Numbered from the stretch's first letter, positions 28,731-37,142 are shown. The stretch is 64,000 bases of DNA from Bacilli bacterium (GCA_900768345.1 CAAGCO010000009.1:11080-75079); one strand, 5' to 3'. Translations and numbers: made by a program. The notes: generated by a model not told the origin, from the sequence alone.

Positions 28731-29199
28731 ATGAAAAAGAAAGGTTTTACATTAGTTGAGTTATTAGCAGTTATAGCAATTTTAGCAATACTAGTAATAA
28801 TAGCTTTACCTAATGTAATAAATATGTATAATAACGCTAAAAAACAAGTTTTCTTAACAGAAGCACAAACGGTCGCATCAACATCAGAAAAGAAGTTTTT
28901 ATCTAATAGTATATCTGGTGCTACAAAAGAATCAGTTTATTGTAAAAGCAAAACTGACGAAAAAAATCCATTAGAGATGACAGGAGCTAAAAAATATTAT
29001 TATGTTGAATTAGGTAATGATGGTAAAAAAAAATTTAATTATTTGGAACGACCAAAAATATATTAAATATGTAGCAGATGGTTCAAAAGAAGTAAGTAAT
29101 CTAACAGTAGATGAGATAGTAGAAAGAGATAATAATAACTTCACGTGTGGAAATGTACTAACAGAAATAGGAGTAAAAGATGAAACAACACACCACTAG
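28731..29199 (+). pseudogene. Type IV pilin-like (prepilin-type N-terminus) gene interrupted at an A9 tract
   Basis: MKKKGFTLVELLAVIAILAIL is a class III signal with Gly-Phe cleavage and Glu at +5. The frame breaks at A9 (29025-29033). The +1 frame continues as NLIIWNDQKYIKYVADGS... to TAG at 29199. Confidence 0.7.
29025..29033 (+). repeat. Poly(A)9 homopolymer at the pilin frameshift site
   Basis: Read directly from the sequence. Removing one A joins the two frames into a 155-aa ORF. Confidence 0.95.
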
Positions 29200-29675
29200 A
29201 TAAAAATGTAAATAATTTAAAAAACACAACTTGGGTACTAGATGATAATTACACATTCTCTTTAACATCAGTTATTCTTGAAGATGGCACAACATCTTCT
29301 GCTAACAAATTAGTTGATTTAAAAGAAGCAAATATAAATTTTACTTCTAATGGTAGAAAATTTGTGGGAATAACATCACTATATCTACCATTTGATGAAC
29401 CAGGCGTAAATCTTGAAATATCATGTTTCGGATTTAAAGTATCTTTCTCAGATACATTTAATAAAATAGACTTTCCATTCGGAGAAAAATTAAAAAGTCA
29501 AAACGGTGTTATAATGTATGGTATATCAGAAAGCAAAGGAGTATATGTACCATATTATCAAAAAAGTGGATGGTATAGTGATAATTATAAAACTATAGAA
29601 ATAACAGGTGGAACTGATACTACAAAAACAGAAGTTATAAATTGGTTTAAGAAACATGGAACAAGAATTAAATAG
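29184..29675 (+). CDS. Hypothetical protein; ORF open for 60 codons upstream of its first usable start
   Basis: The frame is open from 29184, but the first ATG/GTG/TTG is GTG at 29364. An ATG with an AGGAG RBS at 29180 lies in a different frame. This may be a second frameshift. Confidence 0.4.
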   Translation, partial: NNTPLDKNVNNLKNTTWVLDDNYTFSLTSVILEDGTTSSANKLVDLKEANINFTSNGRKFVGITSLYLPFDEPGVNLEISCFGFKVSFSDTFNKIDFPFGEKLKSQNGVIMYGISESKGVYVPYYQKSGWYSDNYKTIEITGGTDTTKTEVINWFKKHGTRIK

Positions 29676-29769
29676 ATTAATTAATTGATCTATTTTTTTT
29701 TTGAAAAAAATTTTAAAAAAAGAAGTGATTTGATATTTTATATCCAACTATAATAATAGGAGGGTTAAA

Positions 29770-31830
29770 ATGTTAAACAAAAAGTTAATAGTTAAACAAA
29801 ATGGTTTTAAAGATTGTGGCCCTTCATGTTTATTATCTATAATGAAATATTATGGATTTGAGGCCTCACATGAAGAAGTTACTTTCACTCTTAAAACCAC
29901 AGTAGATGGAACTAATGCATATAACATAATAAATGGAAGTAGATTATATGGATTTGATGGTTATGGAATACATTATACATACGAAGAAATAATAAATTCA
30001 GAAATATCTTTCCCTATAATATGTCATGTTATTAAAAATAATATGTACCATTTCATAGTAGTATACAAAGTAAATAAGAATTCTTTAACTATAATGGATC
30101 CAGGAAGTAATATAACTAAAATATCATTTGATGAATTTAAAAAAATATATCAAGAAACTTCTTTAGTTATATATCCAGTAAAGAAAGCAAATAATTTGAT
30201 TAATAAAGATAAGTTATTAGATGTAATAAAAGATTATTTAGGAATCGAAAAAAAGAATTTAATAATTATTATATCCACCTCTATATTACTTATAATATTT
30301 AGCATATTAATTAATTATTTTACGCTTATATTAATAGATTATATATTACCAAATTATAATTATAATCTATTGATAAAAATAACTATTTCATTTTTGATAA
30401 CATCTATAATAAAAAATATTATTAATTATATAAGGGGTAAATTAATAATAAATGTAAATTCTAGATTTACTATTAACTTAAATAATAATATTATTAGAAA
30501 ACTTTTTAATCTTCCTTATCAATTCTTCAAAAACAAATCTACTCCTGAAGTAATATCTAGAATAAATGATTTAAAAGAATTTAAAGATAGTTTTTCTGAA
30601 ATAATAATAAATATATCTACTAATATATTATTAGTATTTATAAGCTTTATATTACTTTTAAAAATAAATATAAAACTGTTTATAATTTATATTATTGAAA
30701 TAATTATTTACATATTGTTAACTTTGATATATAAGAATAAAAATAATAAATATATAGATGAAATACTAATAAATGAATCTAACTATAATAAGACATTAAA
30801 TGATAGTATATATAGTTATGAAATAAATAAAAACCTCAACCTAAACAACAGTACATTAAAGAATATAGAAATATCTTATATTAAAAATGACTTTTCTCAT
30901 AAAAAATATGACCATTTAATAAATTTTCAAGTTTTATTAAAAGAGTTGGTAAGTAATTTAACTTATATAACTTCTTTATTTATAAGTACTATTTTAATAC
31001 ATAAAAATATTATAACACTTGGAAATTTCTTATTATTTAATTCACTTATATATTATTTTACTGAACCATTAAAAAGTATATTAGAGTTAGAACCAAATAT
31101 TAATTATTTAAAAAATATATATAGAAGAATTAATGATTTGTTATTAGTATCAACTGAAGAATCAATAAAGACTGATAAAATTATATCAGGCGATATAATC
31201 TTTAAGAATTTATCATATATGATTAATGATAAAGAACTTTTTAATAACGTATCTTTCAAAATTAAATATGGAAGTAAGTTTTTAATACATGGTAACAGTG
31301 GAAATGGAAAAAGTACAATTATAAAAATACTATTAAAATATTTAAATGATTATAAAGGTAATATTTATATTGATAATAAAAATATAAAAGATATTGATTC
31401 TAATATTATATCTAATAGTATGACTTATGTATCGCAAAATAATTTTATATTGAATGATACTCTTAAAAACAACATTATTTATGGAAGAAAAGTAAATGAT
31501 GAAGAATATGAGAGAGTAATTCATATTTGTAATTTAGATACTTTAAGAAATAATAATAAATTAAGAAATAATATGATTATAGAAGAAGATGGTTTTAATA
31601 TATCAGGTGGAGAGAGACAAAAAATTATTTTAGCAAGAAGTATTTTAAAGGATAGTGAATTTATAATTCTAGATGAAGCACTAAGTGAAGTAGGTATAGA
31701 AGAAGAAAAAGAAATAATTAAAAAACTATTTAAATATTTTAAAGAAAAAACAATTATTTATATTTCTCATAAACAAGAAATTATTAATTTGTTTAATGAA
31801 AAATATAAATTAGAAAGGAGTAAGGCTTAA
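29770..31830 (+). CDS. Peptidase C39-domain ABC exporter (bacteriocin-processing PCAT)
   Basis: N-terminal QNGFKDCGPSCL (catalytic Cys) with His and Asp downstream, 6 TM helices, Walker A GNSGNGKST and signature SGGERQK. Confidence 0.9.
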   Translation: MLNKKLIVKQNGFKDCGPSCLLSIMKYYGFEASHEEVTFTLKTTVDGTNAYNIINGSRLYGFDGYGIHYTYEEIINSEISFPIICHVIKNNMYHFIVVYKVNKNSLTIMDPGSNITKISFDEFKKIYQETSLVIYPVKKANNLINKDKLLDVIKDYLGIEKKNLIIIISTSILLIIFSILINYFTLILIDYILPNYNYNLLIKITISFLITSIIKNIINYIRGKLIINVNSRFTINLNNNIIRKLFNLPYQFFKNKSTPEVISRINDLKEFKDSFSEIIINISTNILLVFISFILLLKINIKLFIIYIIEIIIYILLTLIYKNKNNKYIDEILINESNYNKTLNDSIYSYEINKNLNLNNSTLKNIEISYIKNDFSHKKYDHLINFQVLLKELVSNLTYITSLFISTILIHKNIITLGNFLLFNSLIYYFTEPLKSILELEPNINYLKNIYRRINDLLLVSTEESIKTDKIISGDIIFKNLSYMINDKELFNNVSFKIKYGSKFLIHGNSGNGKSTIIKILLKYLNDYKGNIYIDNKNIKDIDSNIISNSMTYVSQNNFILNDTLKNNIIYGRKVNDEEYERVIHICNLDTLRNNNKLRNNMIIEEDGFNISGGERQKIILARSILKDSEFIILDEALSEVGIEEEKEIIKKLFKYFKEKTIIYISHKQEIINLFNEKYKLERSKA

Positions 31831-31967
31831 TGCAAAAAGAAGAACTAATTAATATTAAAGGAGGTGCAAATTGGGTAGCTTTAGGAATTGGATCAACATT
31901 AGTGTCATTTCTAATTGGTTTAGTAGATGGTTATTTAAGACCTTTAAAATGTAACAAATGGAAATAA
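31830..31967 (+). CDS. Double-glycine-leader peptide A (candidate class II bacteriocin subunit)
   Basis: MQKEELINIKGG|ANWVALGIGSTLVSFLIGLVDGYLRPLKCNKWK. The ATG overlaps the exporter stop as TAATG, with AAAGGAG upstream. Confidence 0.7.
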   Translation: MQKEELINIKGGANWVALGIGSTLVSFLIGLVDGYLRPLKCNKWK

Positions 31968-32116
31968 ATGAATTAAAAGAAATAAAAGGAGGTGCCATAT
32001 CTGGTACTATCATAAATGCTATAGTAAGATCAGTTACTTTAGCATTAGAATTAGGACGTAGTCTTGGTTCAGCACTAAGAAGAGCAAAAGATAAGAAAAA
32101 ATGTAAATATAGTTAG
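31958..32116 (+). CDS. Double-glycine-leader peptide B (candidate class II bacteriocin subunit)
   Basis: MEINELKEIKGG|AISGTIINAIVRSVTLALELGRSLGSALRRAKDKKKCKYS. It overlaps peptide A by 10 nt and has no obvious SD, so translation is probably coupled. Confidence 0.65.
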   Translation: MEINELKEIKGGAISGTIINAIVRSVTLALELGRSLGSALRRAKDKKKCKYS

Positions 32117-32136
32117 CGAGAGCTAACTATATTTTT
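32109..32136 (+). terminator. Rho-independent terminator after the peptide genes
   Basis: atagttagc-gaga-gctaactat followed by ATTTTTG. Confidence 0.7.
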
Positions 32137-32215
32137 GATAAAAAAAGAAGTGTATTTATAATTTACCTCTAATGATAATAATAGAGAAATATAAACTCTA
32201 GAAATGAGTTATTAA

Positions 32216-32368
32216 ATGAAACGATATAATGGTATGAATGATGTTATTTTCAAAAATACATTTTACATTGAAAAAAATAAAGATTTACTTAAGTGGTTAA
32301 TTGAAAGTTGCTTAGATATGAATATAGATGAAATAGAATTAAAACTTAAAGAACTAAATAGTAAATAG
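32216..32368 (+). pseudogene. 50-codon remnant resembling the N-terminus of Rpn / PD-(D/E)XK-type putative transposase-nucleases
   Basis: MKRYNGMNDVIFKNTFYIEKNKDLLKWLIESCL fits the NDxxFKxxF...NKxxLxxxL N-terminal pattern of that family as I recall it. The nuclease core is missing. Confidence 0.4.
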
Positions 32369-32397
32369 AAATATCTCAGCTACGAGATATTTTCTTA
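32369..32397 (+). terminator. Rho-independent terminator
   Basis: aaatatctc-agctac-gagatattt followed by a T-rich tail. Confidence 0.65.
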
Positions 32398-32431
32398 TTG
32401 TGAAAAATTTGTAAAAATACAAAAAGCCTTA

Positions 32432-32459
32432 TTGACATATAATAATAAATGGTTATAAT
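32432..32459 (+). promoter_or_regulatory. Sigma-A-type promoter of the marR-ABC operon
   Basis: TTGACA, a 16-nt spacer, then TATAAT. Confidence 0.55.
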
Positions 32460-32465
32460 TATTTT

Positions 32466-32479
32466 GTTAGTTACCTAAC
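32466..32479 (+). promoter_or_regulatory. Inverted repeat, candidate MarR operator
   Basis: GTTAG-ttac-CTAAC lies immediately downstream of the -10. Confidence 0.3.
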
Positions 32480-32494
32480 CAAAGGAAAGATATT

Positions 32495-32938
32495 ATGAAA
32501 GATAAAAGTATTAGTTTAGAAATTAAAAAAATTGATAGTTTAATTGTAAGAAAAATAATGGCATATAATAAAGATGCAATTTATCATCTTACTCCAGTAC
32601 AAATAGTTGTAATAAAGTATTTGATAAAGAATAAGGATAGTGTAGTGTATCAAAAAGATATAGAAAAGAAACTAGGCCTTAGAAAGTCAACAGTATCAGG
32701 AATTCTTGGTACAATGATAAAAAACGGTATTATCACAAGAACTGACTCTACAAATGATTTAAGAAGTAAAGAAATTAGATTAACTGAAACCGGATATAAG
32801 CTTGATAAGGCAATGAGAAAAAAAGCATTTGAATTTGAAAAACTATTACAAAGTAATATAAGTAAAGAAGATTTAGAAGTTTTCTATAAAGTAACTAAAC
32901 AAATACAAGAAAATTTAGAAGGAGAAAAGATATGTTAA
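32495..32938 (+). CDS. MarR-family transcriptional regulator
   Basis: 147 aa with a winged-HTH pattern (LTPVQIVVIKYL...RKSTVSGILGTMIKNGIITR). Confidence 0.85.
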   Translation: MKDKSISLEIKKIDSLIVRKIMAYNKDAIYHLTPVQIVVIKYLIKNKDSVVYQKDIEKKLGLRKSTVSGILGTMIKNGIITRTDSTNDLRSKEIRLTETGYKLDKAMRKKAFEFEKLLQSNISKEDLEVFYKVTKQIQENLEGEKIC

Positions 32939-34686
32939 AATTATTTAAAAACTTAGAAAAAAAAGACTGGATATATGTATTTATAAGTATTATATTTATA
33001 GTTTTACAAGTTTGGCTAGAACTTAAAATACCAGATTATATGAGTAAAATTACTGAGCTTGTACAATTAAATGGAACTGTAAAAGAAATATTAGTGCAAG
33101 GTGGATTTATGCTTGGATGTGCATTACTTAGTTTTGCGTCATCTGTAGTAGTAGGTTATATTATTGCAAATCTAGCATCTAACTTTTCAAAGAATATTCG
33201 TGAAAAGTTGTTCAACAAAGTTCAAAGTTTCAGTATGGAAGAAATTAAAAAATTCCAAACTAGTAGTCTTATCACAAGAACAACAAATGATATAGGAAAT
33301 GTTGAAATGATGCTTACATTTGGACTTCAAATGATAATTAAAGCACCAATAACAGCAGTATGGGCAATTGGTAAGATTTTAGGAAAGAGTTTTGAATGGA
33401 CTGCAATAACAGGAGGAGCAGTACTTGTGTTACTTGTAATGGTAATAACACTTATGATTATAGTTTTACCAAGATTCAAAATTGTACAAAAATTAATTGA
33501 TAGTGTAAATGGTTTAACTAGAGAAAACCTAAAAGGCATTAGAGTAGTAAGAGCATTTAATGCTGAAAAATATCAAGAAGATAAGTTTGAAAAAACTAAT
33601 AAAAAACTTACTAATACTCAACTATTTAATCAAAAAGTTATGAGTTTAATGTCACCAATGATGTATTTAATAATGAATGGTGTATCACTTAGTATATATT
33701 TTGTAGGAGCATCACTAATTAATGAAGCACTACTTGCAGATAAAATAACATTATTTAGTAATATGGTAGTATTTAGTAGTTATGCTATGCAAGTAATAAT
33801 GTCATTCTTGATGTTAGCAATGATATTTATAATGTATCCAAGAGCATCTATATCAGCGGATAGAATTAACGAAGTATTACATACTAAAACTAAAATAAGA
33901 GATGGAAAAGAAACTAGATCATCAGAAATTGGAACAATAGAATTCAAAAATGTTTCTTTCAAATATCCTGATTCAGATGAATATGTTTTAGAAGATATTT
34001 CATTTAAAGTATCAAAAGGTGAAACTATCGCAATAATAGGTTCAACTGGTAGTGGTAAAAGTACATTAATCAATTTAATTCCAAGATTCTATGATGTAAC
34101 AGAAGGAAAAGTATTAGTTGATGGAATAGATGTAAGAAACTATACTTTAGATGCTTTACACGATAGACTTGGATATGTACCTCAAAGAGCAGTAATGTTC
34201 AGTGGAAGTGTAAACTATAATGTAGGATATGGCTCTAAAACTAACTATGAAGTAACAAAAGACAAAATAAAAGAAGCAATAAAAGTTGCTCAAGCAGAAG
34301 AATTTGTAGAAAAAATGCCACAAAAATGTGAATCAGCAATAGCACAAGGTGGGACAAACGTATCAGGTGGGCAAAAACAAAGATTAAGTATAGCAAGAGC
34401 TATTGCAAGAGACCCTGAAATATATATATTTGATGATTCATTTAGTGCTCTAGATTATAAAACAGATTATATACTTAGGAAAGAATTAAAAAGTTACACT
34501 AAAGATGCAACAAGTGTAATCGTAGCGCAAAGAATAGGTACTATAAAAAATGCTGATAAAATAATAGTTCTTGAGAAAGGTAAATGTGTAGGAATGGGAA
34601 CACATAAAGAATTATTAAAAAATTGTGAAGTATACAAAGAAATAGCATATTCACAATTATCAAAGGAGGAACTTGAAAATGAATAA
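32932..34686 (+). CDS. ABC exporter half-transporter (permease + ATPase)
   Basis: 6 TM helices, Walker A GSTGSGKST and signature SGGQKQR. Overlaps the marR stop. Confidence 0.9.
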   Translation: MLKLFKNLEKKDWIYVFISIIFIVLQVWLELKIPDYMSKITELVQLNGTVKEILVQGGFMLGCALLSFASSVVVGYIIANLASNFSKNIREKLFNKVQSFSMEEIKKFQTSSLITRTTNDIGNVEMMLTFGLQMIIKAPITAVWAIGKILGKSFEWTAITGGAVLVLLVMVITLMIIVLPRFKIVQKLIDSVNGLTRENLKGIRVVRAFNAEKYQEDKFEKTNKKLTNTQLFNQKVMSLMSPMMYLIMNGVSLSIYFVGASLINEALLADKITLFSNMVVFSSYAMQVIMSFLMLAMIFIMYPRASISADRINEVLHTKTKIRDGKETRSSEIGTIEFKNVSFKYPDSDEYVLEDISFKVSKGETIAIIGSTGSGKSTLINLIPRFYDVTEGKVLVDGIDVRNYTLDALHDRLGYVPQRAVMFSGSVNYNVGYGSKTNYEVTKDKIKEAIKVAQAEEFVEKMPQKCESAIAQGGTNVSGGQKQRLSIARAIARDPEIYIFDDSFSALDYKTDYILRKELKSYTKDATSVIVAQRIGTIKNADKIIVLEKGKCVGMGTHKELLKNCEVYKEIAYSQLSKEELENE

Positions 34687-36850
34687 CAAAAAAGAAAATA
34701 AAACTCCAAGAAGAATGCATGGTCCAGGAGGAAGAGGTCCAGGCGAAAAACCAAAAGACTTTAAAAAAGCACTAACAAAGTTGAATAAATATTTAAAACC
34801 ATATAGAAATTTAATTGTTATTGCAGTAATACTTTCTGCATTAAGTAGTGTTTTATCAATCATAGGTCCAAATAAAATAAAAGATTTAACAAATGAAATT
34901 CAACAAGGATTAATAGTTAATAAATCTAATATAGAATTATTAGTACAAGATATACAAAATGATATAAAACAAAATATAGTTTTAAATGAAACTGATTTAG
35001 AATCACTAACAAATGAAGATAAAACAAGATATTATGAAGTTTTATCTAAAATGAACACTAGTAAAAATAAAGAAAATCTTATAACACAATTACCTGAAAG
35101 TGTAAAATTATTAATATTTAAAGATACAACTATCGAAGGAACAATAATAACAAATAAAGACAAAGTACAGTTCGTTAATATAATGAGTAATGCTGACATG
35201 AATGAACCAACAAAAATGTATAAAGATTTTGATAAATTATCAAAGAATGTTAATGAATTAATTAAACCAAAAATGAATTTAGATAAAATAAAAGATATTA
35301 CTATATTCTTAGTATGTATTTATTTGATAAGTGCAATATTTAGTTATTTTGAAAGTGTTTTAATGGTAGTAGCAGCAAACAATTTTGCTAAAAGTCTAAG
35401 AACAAAAATATCTAAAAAGATAAATAAGTTACCACTTAAATATTTTGATAAAAATAGTTATGGAGATATATTATCAAGAGTAACAAATGATGTCGATACT
35501 ATAAATATGTCACTTCAAAATAGTTTAAGTACTTTAGTAGGTGCTGTATCATTATTTATAGGATGCATCATAATGATGTTTGTAACTAATTATATAATGG
35601 CTATTACTTGTATATTATCATCATTATTTGGTTTTGCATTTATGGGAATAATTCTTAGTAAATCTCAAAAATATTTTAATCAAAGACAAGTAGAATTAGG
35701 TAATCTAAACGGACATATAGAAGAAATATATAGTTCACATAATGTAGTTAAAGCATATAATGGAGAAAAAGAATCATTAGAAAAATTCAATAGTTTAAAT
35801 AAAAAAGTTTATGATTGTAATAGAAAGAGTCAATTCTTATCCGGATTAATGCCACCAATGATGGGATTCATTGGAAACTTTAGTTATGTGGCTGTATGTA
35901 TAGTTGGTGCTGTTCTTACATTAAAAGGAAATACAACATTTGGTACAATAGTAGCATTTATGATATATGTAAGATTATTTACAAGTCCACTTTCACAAAT
36001 AGCTCAAAGTATGACACAACTTCAAACGGCAAGTGCTGCTTCAGAAAGAGTGTTTGAATTCATTGAAGAAGCTGAAATGAAAGATGAAAGTAATCTAACA
36101 GGAGTTTTAGATCCTAAAAAAGTAAAAGGTAATATTGACTTTGAACATGTTAAATTTGGTTATGATAACGATAAAATTATAATCAAAGACTTTAATTGTA
36201 ATGTTAAACCTGGCCAAAAAGTAGCAATAGTAGGTCCTACAGGTGCTGGAAAAACTACTATCGTAAATCTTCTTATGAAATTCTATGAAATAAATAATGG
36301 AGACATTAAAATAGACGGAATGAGTATTAATAATCTTACAAGAGAAAATATTCATGACTTATTTATAATGGTTCTTCAAGATACTTGGCTATTTGAAGGA
36401 ACAATAAGAGATAACATTAAATTTAATAAAGATGATGTTAGTGATAAAGAAATATGGGAAGCATTAAAAGTAGTAGGCGTAGATCATTTTGTAAAATCAC
36501 TTCCTAAAACATTAGATTATAAAATGGAAGATAACGAGTCAATTTCAGCAGGACAAAAACAACTATTGACAATAGCTCGTGGTATGATAGAAGATGCTCC
36601 ATTCTTAATACTAGATGAAGCTACTTCATCAGTAGATACTAGAACAGAAGAACTAGTGCAAAAAGCAATGGATAAACTTACCGAAGGAAGAACATCATTC
36701 ATAATCGCACATAGACTTTCAACAATCAAAAATGCAGACATTATACTAGTTATGAAAGATGGTAATATTATAGAAACAGGTTCACATGATGAATTAATGA
36801 AGAAAAATGGTTTCTATGCAGAACTTTACAATTCACAATTTCAAAATTAA
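34679..36850 (+). CDS. ABC exporter half-transporter with large TM1-TM2 extracytoplasmic insertion
   Basis: The ATG lies 9 nt after AGGAGG; the track's TTG at 34673 is less likely. N-terminal HGPGGRGPGEKPKDF, Walker A GPTGAGKTT and signature SAGQKQL. Probable heterodimer partner of the upstream gene. Confidence 0.9.
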   Translation: MNNKKENKTPRRMHGPGGRGPGEKPKDFKKALTKLNKYLKPYRNLIVIAVILSALSSVLSIIGPNKIKDLTNEIQQGLIVNKSNIELLVQDIQNDIKQNIVLNETDLESLTNEDKTRYYEVLSKMNTSKNKENLITQLPESVKLLIFKDTTIEGTIITNKDKVQFVNIMSNADMNEPTKMYKDFDKLSKNVNELIKPKMNLDKIKDITIFLVCIYLISAIFSYFESVLMVVAANNFAKSLRTKISKKINKLPLKYFDKNSYGDILSRVTNDVDTINMSLQNSLSTLVGAVSLFIGCIIMMFVTNYIMAITCILSSLFGFAFMGIILSKSQKYFNQRQVELGNLNGHIEEIYSSHNVVKAYNGEKESLEKFNSLNKKVYDCNRKSQFLSGLMPPMMGFIGNFSYVAVCIVGAVLTLKGNTTFGTIVAFMIYVRLFTSPLSQIAQSMTQLQTASAASERVFEFIEEAEMKDESNLTGVLDPKKVKGNIDFEHVKFGYDNDKIIIKDFNCNVKPGQKVAIVGPTGAGKTTIVNLLMKFYEINNGDIKIDGMSINNLTRENIHDLFIMVLQDTWLFEGTIRDNIKFNKDDVSDKEIWEALKVVGVDHFVKSLPKTLDYKMEDNESISAGQKQLLTIARGMIEDAPFLILDEATSSVDTRTEELVQKAMDKLTEGRTSFIIAHRLSTIKNADIILVMKDGNIIETGSHDELMKKNGFYAELYNSQFQN

Positions 36851-36872
36851 TCAAGGCTAGTCCTTGATTTTT
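36851..36872 (+). terminator. Rho-independent terminator
   Basis: tcaagg-ctagt-ccttga followed by TTTTT. Confidence 0.7.
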
Positions 36873-36908
36873 ACTTATAAAAACAATCATCTAATCATAA
36901 GATTAACT

Positions 36909-37142
36909 ATGATAAAAGAATTTATAAAAGATAATAAATATAAAATTCTAATAGAAGAAAATACTTTATGTATAAGAAACTACATAAGAATAGAAGATAT
37001 ATCACCATTAAATATTATAATAAAATTTAATGATATGAAATTGCTTATAAGAGGTAAGAACTTAATAATAAATAAACTAGATAGTTCAGATTTAAGAATA
37101 ATAGGAAATATCAAAGGAATAGAATTTATTAATGAACAATAA
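36909..37142 (+). CDS. yqfC: YabP/YqfC-family sporulation protein
   Basis: 77 aa immediately before a yqfD homologue, with a small beta-rich pattern (LLIRGKNLIINKLDSSDLRIIGNIKGIEF). The track start at 36864 lies inside the upstream terminator. Confidence 0.65.
   Translation: MIKEFIKDNKYKILIEENTLCIRNYIRIEDISPLNIIIKFNDMKLLIRGKNLIINKLDSSDLRIIGNIKGIEFINEQ

Noticed and set aside
29181-29183. TGA read as a sense codon (alternative genetic code) to explain the start-less ORF.
   Set aside because: TGA clearly terminates the GT2 gene at 7544-7546, and conserved proteins end where expected with TAA, TAG or TGA. The standard bacterial code fits the whole window.
28041-32400. Interpreting the 28-32.4 kb islet as a prophage, IS element or integrative element.
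   Set aside because: The window contains no integrase, transposase, recombinase, tRNA attachment site or phage structural gene. Only a 50-codon Rpn-like remnant and a ~47-nt direct repeat are present, so I describe it only as a decayed mosaic.
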